A DNA stretch of 64,000 nucleotides from Eledone cirrhosa (GCA_964016885.1 OZ024758.1:23746001-23810000), one strand, 5' to 3'. Positions 29,126-42,290 are shown, counted from the first letter of the stretch. Notes: a model not told the origin generated them from the sequence alone. Made by a program: numbers and translations.

Positions 29126-29234
29126 AGGAGCCAGAGGAGGAAAATGGGAGAGAGAGGTGTAAAAATTATTTGACCATGATTTTAAAAAAAATATTCTTAA
29201 GTGAACGTGACCCAGAGGGTCACGGGTGATCTAG
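28831..29234 (+). mobile_element. Complete non-autonomous Helitron (~400 bp)
   Basis: A|TCTATATACTACTAAAAC 5' end, then (TGCT)n; 3' hairpin CGTGACCC-AGA-GGGTCACG, 6 nt, CTAG|T; inserted between A and T without TSD. Confidence 0.8.
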
Positions 29235-29238
29235 TGAA

Positions 29239-29271
<33 letters not shown>

Positions 29272-29445
29272 GATTTCATATAGGCATCTATTCTGAACCC
29301 CGCCGAGTTAATGTTATTGCTAATCGATACGAGCCTGCCTTGCTTGTTCTATATGTAAAGAAGCCATCATAAAAAATGATTTATTTATAACATTTTCAGT
29401 TAGCTGTGGTATGATCACTATGTGACTATATGTAAGTTTATTTAA

Positions 29446-29637
29446 GGGTGGTGGATTGGGAATATCGGTAGAGGGTCGGACGTCACGCTTTCCAGTATAG
29501 AGTTACGTACCTTTATGTACTGAGTTCAAATTCCGCCAAGGTTAACTTTGCCTTTCATCCTTACGGGGTTGATTAAATAAAGTACCGGTAATGTACTGGG
29601 ATAATTGCTGACCTTGTGCCAAAAGTAGAAAGAATTA
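29446..29637 (+). mobile_element. Main-family SINE, diverged
   Basis: Same motifs. Confidence 0.88.
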
Positions 29638-29702
29638 TACATGAATATATTGCATGTGTTTCTACATAAGCTTGTCTATCTGTCTCTATGTATGAATGTA
29701 TG

Positions 29703-29898
29703 TACGAGGGTCAGTTGTAAAGTTTATAGGCTGACCAAGAGACTCTCATGGAATGACCAAATGAGGCTTATTGTTCAACACAGTCCCTGGAAAGAAACAA
29801 TGCTGTTAAGAAGAAGAAAAGCTGAAATTAATACAGGCAAGATTTCACAGCTCTAGTTTCACTCCTTCATCGTCAGCCTCTGAACGTTTCAGCCTACC

Positions 29899-29902
<4 letters not shown>
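29703..29902. mobile_element. Internally deleted mariner-type element (MITE)
   Basis: Left TACGAGGGTCAGTTGTAAAGTTTATAGGCTGAC; right end on the minus strand TGGGTAGGCTGAAACGTTCAGAGGCTGAC; diverged TIRs. Confidence 0.55.
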
Positions 29903-29932
<30 letters not shown>

Positions 29933-30020
29933 TATCTGGGTGTCTATCTATGTGTTTGTCTATCTGTCTGTCTGTCTAAGTGTTTGTCTATCTGGGTGTC
30001 TATCTATGTGTTTGTCTATC

Positions 30021-30844
30021 ACCCTTGGAGAGTCGCTGGACATGGAAGAAGACGAACTGGCCAGCCTGTTCGGTAGGACTTTCGGCCCAGGACCAATGGA
30101 CAACTTCCAGAAGTCACTGGCCTGGCAGTGCTACCGGGGGGCTCTACCCGTTCGAGAGAGGCTCTACAGACACGGGCGCCCGGGCAGGGATCCCTCAAAA
30201 AAGATTTGCCCTAGATGCGTGCGTCACGAAGAAACCGTTGCGCACGCATTGGTGCAATGTCCGGGCGTGGCTGATCTGTGGGGCTACGCCGAACAATTTC
30301 TGTCGCGGGTGGCGCCGATTAAATTGACCGCCGAGTCCGTGATGACAATCAAACCGCCTCCCCTCTTCACAAAGGAAGCAAAGGCGGTTTTTCTGTGCGT
30401 AATAGCCATGTTGAAAGAGGTTGTTTGGTGGACACGATTGAAAGGTCTGAGGTCAGGCAACTTCCTCTCTGGCCATAGTCTGGTCTACTTCTTCCGATAT
30501 CACTTCGGAAGAAGGATAAGAATGGAGAGAGAGGTGCTTGGCCACAGGCAGTTTTATGAAAGGTGGGTGATAGTGGCGAGAATGGCTCGTGTAAATGGGC
30601 CTTCTCTGTATACCATCCTGTAGGTAAAGAAGTGAAGGAGAGGGGAGCACCTTCTCCATGTGCTCCCCGGGCAAAGGATTGCACACTTTTTCGGGGGTGG
30701 GGGGGTGTGCAACCCCCATCACGTCCCCTCCCTTTTGAGGTTATTTTCGATTATTTTCATGTTACACCCTTTTTACTCGATTATATGTAAACTCCCCCTT
30801 TGTATTTGTCCCTTCTTTTTATGCCTTTATGGTAAATAAAGAAA
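30021..30844 (+). mobile_element. 5'-truncated L1/Tx1-clade LINE 3' end (zinc-knuckle region and 3'UTR)
   Basis: Frame to stop 30623: KSLAWQCYRGALPVRERL...CPRC...ETVAHALVQC...LW; AATAAA near the end; 22-bp TSD TCTATCTATGTGTTTGTCTATC at 29999-30020 and 30845-30866. Confidence 0.88.
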
Positions 30845-31185
30845 TCTATCTATGTGTTTGTCTATCTATCTGTCTGTCTAAGTGTTTGTCTCTCTGGGTG
30901 TCTGTCTGCCTGTCTGTCTCTCTGTCTATATATACAAATATCTGTCATATCATATGGAACTTCCATTAAGTTAAAGGAAGCTACTCTCGGTGTTTTATTT
31001 ATTTACAACATTCTGTGGTAAGACACCCGACGACTGTAGAACCTTCTCTGTAACTCCGTCACAGGAGAGCCGAGTAATATTCATTTCATGCAATCCAATT
31101 AATATTTTGCATGACAGCATTAAGTGTTTTCACTTCTTATATATATATATATATATATAGTGTGTGTGTGTATATATATATATAA

Positions 31186-31221
<36 letters not shown>

Positions 31222-31223
31222 AA

Positions 31224-31410
31224 TAATTGTTTCTACTTTTGGCACAAGGCCAGCAAATACCCAGTACATTACTGGTACTTTATTTTATCGACCCCGTAAG
31301 GATGAAAGGCAAAGTTAACCTCGGCGGGATTTGAACTCAGAATGGCAAGGGCCGTAACTCTATGCGTCAAAGCATGGCGTCCGACCCTCTACCGATACTG
31401 CCAATCCACT
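31224..31410 (-). mobile_element. Full-length main-family SINE
   Basis: Same motifs. Confidence 0.92.
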
Positions 31411-31414
31411 GGCC

Positions 31415-31920
<506 letters not shown>

Positions 31921-32654
31921 AAAAATAAGAAACACCAGATGCTAATATAATTTTACAGCACTATAATTCCATAAACCAGTAAACCAAACTGACCCTTGAC
32001 CTTATAAGACGCAGAGTGATTTTCAGGTATATTTAAAAACAAACAAACAAAAACAAAACAAAGTGCGTCTTACAAGCCAACAAATACGGTACATCTTTAG
32101 TTTTCCTATTACTTTACAAAATAGTCTTTCATCTAATTATATATGAGATATCAATAATAGTGTTTTTATCTAAAACACATTTATCTTTTGTTATGACAAA
32201 AAAAAAATCTACTTAGACTTCTTGTTATTTGTTATTTTGTTCTTGTCTGTTGCAGCTGAACTAGTTGACAAGATGTCGTAATACTGTTAGAGATAATATT
32301 GTCCTCGGTTCACTGTACCTTTTGTTTTGTCTCGCCATATCGCTGTGTTTTGGTAGTCTCATTTGCGCCAGTCACCAATTTGATACTTTTCTCAACAGAG
32401 GTTGAGAGGAGAGCTAGAAATAGCTCATCAACTCGTTCTAATAGAGCAGCTCAACCGAATTATGGGAGCAGTAAATAAAAACAAGCAACAATAAATCTAA
32501 ATAAAAATATCTCGATTTCGTTATTTTGTAAAGAGCTCAATGGAAATAAAATGCGAACCCCCCCTCCCTTCCACCAGATCAAACCTTAAAGACGGATAAA
32601 GGTGTTGTCAGTCGTCACTATGAAGAATCGAAATACATATCCCTGCGTTTCAAC

Positions 32655-32996
32655 AACAATCAATACAACCATCACCGCAACCACAACCACAACAACCACC
32701 ACCACAACCACTACAAAACCCACCACCACCACCACAACAACCAACACCCCAACTACAACAACCCCCACCACAACAACAACAAAAACCACCACTACAATCA
32801 CCACCACAACCACCTCCACAACCACCACCACAACTACAACAACCGCTAACACCACCACAATCACCACCACCACCACAATCACCACCAGCACCATAACCAC
32901 AACCTCCATCACCACCACAACCACCACCACAATCACCACCACCACAACAACAGCCACCACAACCACCATCACCACAACCACCACAACCACCACCAC

Positions 32997-33048
<52 letters not shown>
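32655..33048. repeat. (ACC/ACA)n tract followed by (TA)n
   Basis: Poly-T/poly-V artefact ORFs. Confidence 0.93.
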
Positions 33049-33053
<5 letters not shown>

Positions 33054-33241
33054 ATATTAACAAATGGAAACTATATTTATAAAACCATATTTATTTCATT
33101 ATACATATTATATTTTATCTGATCTATATTATATTTTATCTGATGAAAGCGCACTATAATTTGCTTTGATGTCCTTGAAATATGTATAATGAAATAAATA
33201 TGGTTTTATAAATATAGTTTCCAATTGTTAATATATCGTAT
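33049..33241. mobile_element. Short fold-back (~60-bp arms) overlapping a hammerhead-like motif
   Basis: 33049-33108 is the reverse complement of 33179-33238. Confidence 0.8.
33133..33195 (+). ncRNA. Type-I hammerhead ribozyme-like motif
   Basis: ATTTTAT-CTGATGA-aag...ctt-GAAA-TATGTA-TA-ATGAAAT; 7-bp stem I with one G-U pair. Confidence 0.55.
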
Positions 33242-33269
33242 TTTTACTCCAATTATTCGTTGAGTGCTT

Positions 33270-33595
33270 TATATCAGTTATAAAAATATTTGCTTGTTGT
33301 ATCCCAACAAATTAAATATAACTTCTACATATATATATATATGTATGAATGAAGTAATTCCGTCGGAAAAGTCCAGGAAAAAAGAGTGCTCTATGTAGGT
33401 AACAATAAATATCAATAAATAGACCAGGATTCTTTCATTCTGATGATTGAAAGCAACATTTTTTGCTTTTAAGAAACCACTGGTAAATGGAATAATTGCC
33501 TTATGTTGTTTATTACATAACTATATATCCATATGTAGAAGTTATATTTAATTTGTTGGGATACAACAAGCAAATATTTTTATAACTGATATAAA
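33270..33595. mobile_element. Fold-back (~63-bp arms) enclosing a hammerhead motif
   Basis: ATATCAGTTATAAAAATATTTGCTTGTTGTATCCCAAC... (33271-33332) is inverted at 33531-33592. Confidence 0.82.
33433..33492 (+). ncRNA. Type-I hammerhead ribozyme motif
   Basis: TTTCATT-CTGATGA-TTGAAAGCAA-catttt-TTGCTTTTAA-GAAA-CCACTGG-TA-AATGGAA; 7-bp stem I, 10-bp stem II, GUA cleavage triplet. Confidence 0.72.
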
Positions 33596-33909
33596 CTATA
33601 TATATAGTAAAATATGGTGTAGTTTTTCTGCAGCAATGATGCCGCTACTCCATTAGCGACATGTAGGCGCCTGCTGTCCATAGATCATCTCGGGAGATTG
33701 TCATCAGTGTTATTTATCCAGTTTGTTCCTCCATACAAATCTTATTGGTTTAGTCGAGTACATAAGGAAGTAACGTATTTTATATAGAAACATTTTCAAA
33801 TATCAAATTAGAAACTGTTTGTTTTTCAGAGAGGAGAGCATTTCCATGAAATTTTCTTGAGTTATTTATTGAATGGAGATTGTGTTTTGAGAGATCAATG
33901 TTTGATATT

Positions 33910-33916
33910 TGATTGC

Positions 33917-33947
<31 letters not shown>

Positions 33948-34128
33948 ATTGTTGTTGTTATTGTTTGTTGTGGTGGCTTTGGTTGTGATGTTGGTGTTGT
34001 TGTTGTTGCTGTGGTGGTGCTGGTGGTTGTTGTGGTTGTTGTTGTGTTGTTGCTGTGGTGGTGGTGGTTGTTGTTGCGGTGTTGTTGTTGTTTGTTGTGG
34101 TGACTTTGGCTGTTGCTGCTGCTGCTGC

Positions 34129-34186
<58 letters not shown>

Positions 34187-34825
34187 CTGGTGGTTGTTGT
34201 GATTGTTGTTGTGTTGTTGCTTTTGCTGTTGTTGTTGTGGTGGTGCTGGTGGTTGTTGGTTTGTTGTTTGTTGTTGTTGCTGTTGTGGTTGTGGTGTTGG
34301 TTGTGGTTGTTGTTATGGTTGTTTTTGCTGTTGTTGTTGTAGTTGCTGTTGAGGTTGTGGTGGTGGTGTTGGTTGTGGTTGTTGTTGCGGTGGTGGTGTT
34401 GGTTATGGTGGTTATTGTGTTGATTGTTGTTGTTGTGGTCGTGGTGGTGGTTGTTTTGAGTTCGTGTGGTGGTGATATTTATTAGGGGTTGGTGTTGGCT
34501 CTGCTGCTGTTGTTGTTGTTGTTGTAGTCGTTGCTGTTGTTGTTGTTGTTGTTGTTGATGAGATATTTATTAGGGGTTGGTGTTGGCTCTGCTGTTGTTG
34601 TTGTTGTTGTTGTAGTCGTTGCTGTTGTTGTAGTCGTTGTTGTTGTTGTTGATGAGATATTTATTAGGGGTTGGTGTTGACTCTGCTGTTGTAGTTGTTG
34701 TAGTCGTTGCTGTTGTTGTTGATGATATTTATTAGGGGTTGGTGTTGGCTCTGCTGCTGTAGTTGTTGTTGTTGTTGTAGTCGTTGCTGCTGTTGTTATT
34801 GTTGTAGTCGTTGTGGTTGAGGTTA
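33910..34825. repeat. (GTT/GGT/GCT)n tract with ~80-bp higher-order units at 34470-34790
   Basis: ATATTTATTAGGGGTTGGTGTTGGCTCTGCTG repeated 4 times. Confidence 0.92.
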
Positions 34826-35589
34826 ATGTTGATTTAATTGTCGTTTGAGAGAATAACACCGAGAAACTAATGTTGATACAGTAACAGTGGCTGAGATTGT
34901 TGTTATAACTGTGGTTGGTATATGACACTTTATAGGGGACAGACATAACCAATCGACTGTATTGTTTGTATTTACTTTATTGCTGTCTCTAGAAAGATGA
35001 AAATCAACTTTGTTGTTGTTGTTGTAAATATCTGCAGGAAATAACAATTTCTATATTTTTTATAATTCATGCAGTTAGTTTTCCAAGATAGTTCTGATTT
35101 AGTAGACGTGGACAGGCTGGCGTGTTGTGTTCTTGAGCAAAAACCCTTTATTTCACATTGCTTCAGTACTCTCAGTTGATAGTGAGAACCAACAGTAGCT
35201 GAGAAGTTAATCTTGCGATAGACCGGCGTCCTATCCAGGGATTACTTCACTGATTACATAAGACAGTGTAACACAGTCTCTCTTCAATTTCTGTGTATAT
35301 TCTCAATTACAATTTTATTTGATATATTATATCTACATGCAGATATATTTGCGTATAATATCAATATGTACACTATACACACTAGCAGAAAACCCCCCTT
35401 CTGCTAGTTTACATAATGCTCTTACAAAAAACGCCTTAAAACAATCCAATCCAGGACCTTCTCACTCCCGTTGGAGGAAACCCCTTTCTGGTTAACGCCC
35501 CCTGATTTCTATTTTGTTTTGGTCATGTCAGAAGTGAGGTTGTACTCACCATGTTTGGCCAATTGTGGTATGGGGAGACTATATAACCC

Positions 35590-36372
35590 GTATGTATGTA
35601 TGTATGTATGTATGTATGTATGTATGTATGTATGTATGTATGTATGTATGTATGTATGTATGTATGTATGTATGTATGTATGTATGTATGTCAGGTCACC
35701 AGTTGGTGCTACTGGTAACATGTATCCCAGTACAACCTGTCCCATGGTCGGGTCGTTGGCGACTAAACTGGCAACCCCACCAAGGTTTCTTGGTGAGGAG
35801 GGTGACTTTGGACATCCTGCAGGACTAAAAACAAAACCTGTCAAAAGGGCAAAGGAGCTCTTAAGAGTCAATGGCCATCCAAAGTCACCGGGAGAGATGA
35901 CCCCTTAGCCTTTGTCAAGGCAGAATTCTAGGAGAAGGAAAACTCTGATATAACACCTGCAACCCTGATGGTATCCAATGATGTTGACTTGTTCTTGTTT
36001 TTGGTAAATATCATCTTGGTTAAGAGAGTGGGACTGGCTTTGTGCAGTGCCTTTGCTCACTATAAAAGCTTCACGGCACAGGCATTGCTTTATATCTGGA
36101 GATCTCTCTGCACTTGTCGTCACATGGTACCATGGTCCCAGCACTATATGTCAATAATTGTCACAAGTGTAGTGTTTGTACCAGAGTTTTCAAGTCGCTG
36201 GCTGGACTAAAAAGTCACACTCGTTCAGCGCATCGGTAGAGGTTCTCCTACATGGATATAAAGTAGTGGCCATACTCGAAAACGAGTTGGCAGCCACCAC
36301 CATGTATGTATGTATGTATGTATGTATGTATGTATGTATGTATGTATGTATGTATGTATGTATGTATGTATA
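35590..36372 (+). mobile_element. ~610-bp GC-richer insert between two (TATG)n runs; possibly an RTE-like 5'UTR or non-autonomous retroelement
   Basis: Pure (TATG)n on both sides; GGAGAAGGAAAACTCTGAT and GGCGACTAAACTGGCAACCCC motifs recall RTE 5'UTRs (from memory, unverified). Confidence 0.4.
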
Positions 36373-36486
36373 TGAGAGGGTGTGGTAAGATACCAGGTGG
36401 ACCATAATGCACCAGAGTACTCGATACTCGGACCTAGGTGTCGAAACGGCCGGATCTCAACTGTCGGGGCCCTGAATATTTTCATA

Positions 36487-36530
<44 letters not shown>

Positions 36531-36614
36531 GTAGTAATAAACACAGTAAATCGTGTGTTAATTACAGGGTATCAATATGAGTTATTAACTCTGTCATTTA
36601 TTTATATATATATA

Positions 36615-36670
36615 TACTCTTTTACCTGTTTCAGCCATCCGGCTGAGGCCATGCTGGGGCACCGCCCTTG
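36615..36670 (-). mobile_element. Extreme 3' end (~55 bp) of the same CR1/L2-type LINE as at 9609
   Basis: TACTCTTTTACCTGTTTCAGCCATCCGGCTGAGGCCATGCTGGGGCACCGCCCTTG identical to 9618-9673. Confidence 0.9.
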
Positions 36671-37477
36671 TATATATATTAATAAAAGGAATTCCAACTT
36701 TGTCTGATTTACTCGTTTTATTTACAATCATTTAAAATTATAATGATATTATAATGAAATAAGTATGGTAGAATATTAAATGTTAAGTGTTAATTGAACA
36801 AGTACTTTCATGCTTTCGCAATCTTCAGGTCCATATTCTGTGGTGACGGTCAAGTTCTGTGGCGTTTCCCTATAGATAAAACCACTATAATGCAGACTGT
36901 GTCGAAATATACAGTTCTTAGAGTGGTTCTAATATTTTCATATTTTAATTGGATATTAATAATTTATGCATTAACATCTCAACATATTTTAATATCTCCA
37001 TAGCAATCGTTTTGTTCATAAAAATTTAAACATCTAGTACATCAATAATAAAGATATTATTGTTGATTCGGAGATTACTGATGTATGAGAATAACAAGTG
37101 ATATTACAGCTATTGTATATTAACCAATACAATAGTCGATTGAGGTAACATTTTAGCTATAAGATTCATGAATAGCAACATCATGGTTTTATTAATGCAT
37201 TATAATACTAACATAACAAAGGAGAAACAGTTAGCTTTTATGTAACGCGGCTTCCATTTCAGGATGCACTGCTGTTACACAGGATTCAGTGATAAAGAGT
37301 CTTAATTGTATTGACCTGAATGACAAGACACTTATAAACCACTAGCTGGTCCCGTGCTGTCAAAAATGACGACTAAAGGGTAGATGGGTATTTGTGTATA
37401 CCTTTCAACTGTGGTCCTTTTATATTCTTTATAATTCAAATTTATTTCCATATTGCTAGAGACTTGGCTCTTTGGAC

Positions 37478-38045
37478 AACACACATACACACACAAACAC
37501 TCACATACATACATTCACACACACAAACACACACATACTTACACACATACATTCACACACACATACTCACATACATACATTCACACACACACATACTCAT
37601 ACACATACATTCACACACACAAACACTCACTCACATACACTCACACACATACATTCACTCACACACACTCACACACAAACACTCACACACACACATTCAC
37701 ATATACAAACACTCACACACACATACACTCACACACACAAACACACATTCACACACACACTCACATACATATACACTCACACACACGTTCACACACACAC
37801 ACACACTCACACACACGTTCACTCACACACACACACACATACACACACATACACTCACTAAAGTGTAGCCAATCTAAGAACTCTAGTTAAAATAATTATT
37901 ACATACACACACACACACATCTACACAAACATATACATACATACACATAATACAGACTCAGAGAACATAATTACTACATGCACACACACACAAACAAACA
38001 CACACACACATATGTGTGTATGTATGTGTGTGTGTGCATATGTAT
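37478..38045. repeat. Degenerate (CA)n tracts
   Basis: Read directly from sequence. Confidence 0.93.
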
Positions 38046-38103
38046 ACATTTATATGTATGAGTAATACAAGTGTAGCGAACGCTGTTCTGTTTTCTATAG
38101 TTG

Positions 38104-38613
38104 TCGATAAAATAAAGTACCAGTAATGTACTGGATAATTGCTGGCCTTGTGCCAAAAGTAGAAACAATTATTTTATATAAAGTATGTTTATGTATGTAT
38201 TTATATACTCAAACATAGATGAGTAACCTCCCTTTGCGTGACGTACAAAAACGCAAGAGCATTATATATTAGTAACAGTGGATTGGCAGTATCGGTAAGG
38301 GGTCGGACGCCATGCTTTGTAGCATAGAGTTATGGCCCTTTATGATCTGAGTTCAAATCCCGCCGAGGTTAATTTTGCCTTTCATCCTTACAGGCTCGAT
38401 AAAATAAAGTACCAGTAATACAGTGGGGGGTAATTGCTGGCCTTGTGCCAAAAGTAGAAACAATTAGTAGATGATTTGTAGAATTAACAAGTCACACGTT
38501 GTAATACCAACAACGTCATCGGTGGATTGACAGAATCGCTAGAACGCCGGACAACATGCTTCGCGGCATAGAGTTACATCCCTTTACGTTCTGAGTTCAA
38601 ATATCGCCGAGGT
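38104..38613 (+). mobile_element. Three main-family SINE pieces (38104-38171 tail; 38277-38465 full; 38520-38613 head)
   Basis: Same motifs. Confidence 0.85.
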
Positions 38614-38927
38614 TAGCAACGATGAGATCAGGCAGCTAAGGAGATAGTAGAGGTGTTGGGAAAGGTGTAAAATTAGGAGCTGGGGTCAGGGGTTATTACA
38701 AAAGCTTCGCTGGACTTAATTCAGAATAGTTCAGAAGATAAATCATTTGTAACACGAGTCCAGTCAGTTTTAATTAGTTAGTTAACATGATTAACTATAA
38801 AGTATACATGTAATTAGTGAAACGACAACGAAAACTGGTTATAATGTTAGAATCGTTAGTGGTAAAACGAGAAGTTAGATGTTCGTAGTAATTAAAATAG
38901 GCAATGTAAAACAAGACAGATGCAAAG

Positions 38928-39155
38928 ATACACACACACTCACACAGATTCACACACACACACACAGAGACGAGCGTGCGCGTGCACCCACAGACACAGA
39001 CACACAAACAGACAAACAGACACACAAACAGACACACACAAACAGACATACACACACACACACACGCACAGATACACAGACGCAGAGATACACAGACGCA
39101 GACACACACAGTCACTTAGATACACAGACGCACACACACACACAGATACACACAA

Positions 39156-39205
<50 letters not shown>
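38928..39205. repeat. (CA)/(CAGA) microsatellite
   Basis: Read directly from sequence. Confidence 0.93.
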
Positions 39206-39207
<2 letters not shown>

Positions 39208-39494
39208 AACGTCATACAGCAGAAACAAACATGTTTGAGCATACATTTTGTTTCACACCCCAAAGTATTATTTGATGTTAAAAGGTTGTCAGCTTTACAG
39301 AACCAACATATTTATCTAAGATTAGATCCTGTCTTTACAGCATGCTATCATTCAAATTTTAATCAATTTGGTAATAAATTTGGTAATCAATTAAGATTTC
39401 GGATTTTCATTACCTTTCTTGATAATAATTGCCATTAGCACTAATGATGTTCTCTCTCCATAATGTTAACAAATTATATTTTATTTATTATTAT

Positions 39495-40310
39495 TTGTTT
39501 GTTCATTACATTAAATATGTTAGTCCAAGCTTTACAATAATTTCTTCATACAGAATTCATTCACAAGAGGTGACTTAACGGTTTGAATGCTTTCTTTCCT
39601 GTTTTCGTTCCGGTTCAAATCCCGCCGAGGTTAACTTAACCTTTCATCCTTACGGGGTTGATAAAAGAAAGCTCCAGTAATGCACTGAGATAATTGCTGG
39701 CCTTGTACCAAAAGTAGAAACAATTATTTTGTTAAATAAATTTCAGTTTACAATTTAATTCTAGAAAAAAAAATTAAGAGCTGTTTACTGGGGTCGATTT
39801 AATCGACTTTCCCCTCCCCCAAAACTATTGCTGGCCTTGTGACTATATAAGAAACCATTATTTTTTTTGTTCATTTTGGTCATAGGGTGGTGGATTGGCA
39901 GTATCGGTAGAGAGTCGGACGCCATGCTTTCCAGCATAGTTACGTCCCTTTACGATCTGAGTTCAAATCCCGCCGAGGTTGACTTTGCCTTTCATCCTTA
40001 CGGGGTCAATAAAATAAAGTACCAGTAATGCACTGGGTAATTGCTGGCCTTGTGCCTAAAGTAGAAACAATTATTTCTTTTGTTCATTACATTAAATATG
40101 TTACTCCATGCTTAACAATAATTTCTTCATGCAGAAGTCATTCACAGGAGTTTAATTGGCGGAGTTAGAACGTAGGTTAAAATGTTTTCCTGTATTCGTT
40201 CCGGCTTTCTGCGCTCTGAGTTCAAATCCCGCCGAGGTCAACTTTGCCTTTGATCCATTCGAGGTCGATCGATAAAAATGTATCAGTCTAATACTGGGGT
40301 CGATTCTTCA
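39495..40310 (+). mobile_element. SINE cluster with a local duplication (TTTGTTCATTACATTAAATATGTTA... at ~39497 and ~40078)
   Basis: Full SINE at 39885-40075; partial copies at 39612, 39786 and 40156. Confidence 0.82.
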
Positions 40311-40339
40311 ACTATATGTTTTTCTACATTTATCTGTCA

Positions 40340-40852
40340 GTAGTAGCAGCTCATTATCCAAGTCTCAATGAACTTGCACGATTTATTCGATGCTAGGATC
40401 AATATACATCATTAATTGCTTGAACTTTTCAAATTAGTGAAACACCATAAGTGTTTTCTTCATTTTCTTCATTTGTGATTCGTTTACGTTGAAGTCTTGT
40501 TTATCTGCTTCTTCGTTGACACATTGTTAGCCCCGAATAAAAGCGGTCGTGATCAGTCAATTCTTCTGAAAGCGATTCAAGTTAATCACGATCATCTTTA
40601 TCTTTTTTTCCAAGGTTAGGAATTTCTTCAATAATTTCCTCTTGTTAACGAAGGTCAACAAAATCGTTTCATTAAGACAATGTGATAAAACACGGCTCTC
40701 ATGTTGTTGTCACTCTTCTCTCGATTCATGAATAGTTTTCAATGGATGTATAAAATTGTTGTACAAAATTTTATCAAGAAATTGCATTTTCTATTGTAAT
40801 TTTAATTGCTTGCGTAAAGGTTCATCGTAAACAATAAACTTTAAAAGTACCA
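40340..40852 (-). pseudogene. Decayed Tigger/pogo-type transposase fragment
   Basis: Minus-strand pieces GTFKVYCLR*TFTQAI and ESLSEELTDHD resemble the Tigger motifs TFKAYYLRRTFAQA and ESHSEELT.EDL; stops and frameshifts present. Confidence 0.6.
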
Positions 40853-41039
40853 GCAATAGTTGTTGTTGTTGTTACTCTTGTTGTTGCTTTCATTGTTTTC
40901 ATTTTCTCGTAGTTGTTGTTGCTGTTGCTTTTGTTGTTTCTCCGATTGCCGCTATTTTTGTTGTTTCTTCGGTTGCCATTGTTGTTGTTGGTGTTGTTGT
41001 TATTTCTCCAGTTGTTGATGTTGTTGGTGTTGGATCTTC

Positions 41040-41495
41040 GATCTTTAGGGTTTCAGTAAAAGGAAAGACAAAAGCAACTGCGTAAATCTTTAGAGTCCGA
41101 GTAAAAGGAAAGAAAGACAACTGAGTAAATCTTTAGGGTCTCAGTAAAAGGAAAGAAAGACAACTGAGTAAATCTTTAGGGTCTCAGTAAAAGGGAACAA
41201 AGACAACTGAGTAAATCTTTAGGGTCTCAGTAAAAGGGAACAAAGACAACTGAGTAAATCTTTAGGGTCTCAGTAAAAGGGAACAAAAGCAACTGAGTAA
41301 ATCTTTAGGGTCTCAGTAAAAGGTAACGAAAGCAACTGAGTAAATCTTTAGGGTCTCAGTAAAAGGTAACGAAAGCAACTAAGTAAATCTTTAGGGTCTC
41401 AGTAAAAGGTAACGAAAGCAACTGAGTAAATTTTTAGGGTCTCAGTAAAAGGTAACAAGTAACTGAGTAAATCTTTAGGGTCTCAGTAAAAGGAG
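41040..41495. repeat. 43-bp minisatellite AACTGAGTAAATCTTTAGGGTCTCAGTAAAAGG(N10), ~10.5 copies
   Basis: Period 43 (41119, 41162, 41205, 41248, 41291, 41334). Confidence 0.95.
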
Positions 41496-41904
41496 AGACA
41501 AACATTAGCTATAACAAATCTTCCCAAAATGGTAAAGTACCACTAACACAGTTTTATTGTCTTGCTCAGCAGAATAATGTACATCTTATACTGACAGAAC
41601 ATATAACAACAACAACAGCAATAACAACAATGACAACAACAACAATAACGACGACAGCGACAACAACGACAATAAAAATGACCACGACGATGATGATAAT
41701 ATTAATACCAATGATGATGATGATGATCTGTGCAACTGGCGTTAACATAATAAAGATAATGGTGATATAATGCAGATAGCAATAAAAGATGGAAGAAGTA
41801 ATGATTGCACAGCTTTATAGGAGAAGGTTTTAAGTGCTTATCAATAAATACCTGCCTACGGTAAAACAAAGGTATACATATATATACACTCACATATACA
41901 CAGC

Positions 41905-41935
<31 letters not shown>

Positions 41936-42089
41936 CTCACATATACACCACTACTATATATATATGCACTCACATATAGCAACCATACATTCAACACACA
42001 TAGAAAACTAACGATACATGATAGCTAAAACTTGTGTATCCTTCGTCTATTCCAATATCTTGATAGCTTGATCAACTGAATTACCTACA

Positions 42090-42165
42090 TACAGTAAGTC
42101 CCCGACTTACGAACGTTCCAAGAGACCGTTAGTTATTTGATTTGTTCGTAAGTTGATCGTCTAAC
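42090..42165. mobile_element. Tigger-like MITE fragment
   Basis: TA|CAGTAAGTCCCCGACTTACGAAC...GTTCGTAAGTTG. Confidence 0.45.
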
Positions 42166-42247
42166 ACTACGTACCAGTAAGCCTATATATGTTATATTGA
42201 TACTGCAGATTTTCATATGAGTGATATATATACAGTATATATAACAT

Positions 42248-42290
42248 GTGAAGGCGTGTGGCTGAGTGGTTAGAGAATTGGATTCACAAC
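42248..42290 (+). mobile_element. tRNA-derived SINE head (second family), truncated after the A-box
   Basis: GTGAAGGCGTGTGGCTGAGTGGTTAGAGAATTGGATTC matches the head at 54418 (minus strand). Confidence 0.8.

Noticed and set aside
29853-29880. Minus-strand CTGACGA...GAAA motif
   Set aside because: No stems; better explained as part of the mariner-type TIR
34823-35045. Possible minus-strand exon after TTTCCTGCAG (other acceptor-like sites near 32256 and 2003)
   Set aside because: No recognisable protein and no partner exons; needs RNA-seq
41040-41495. CRISPR-like palindromic repeat
   Set aside because: Linkers are only ~10 nt and related to each other
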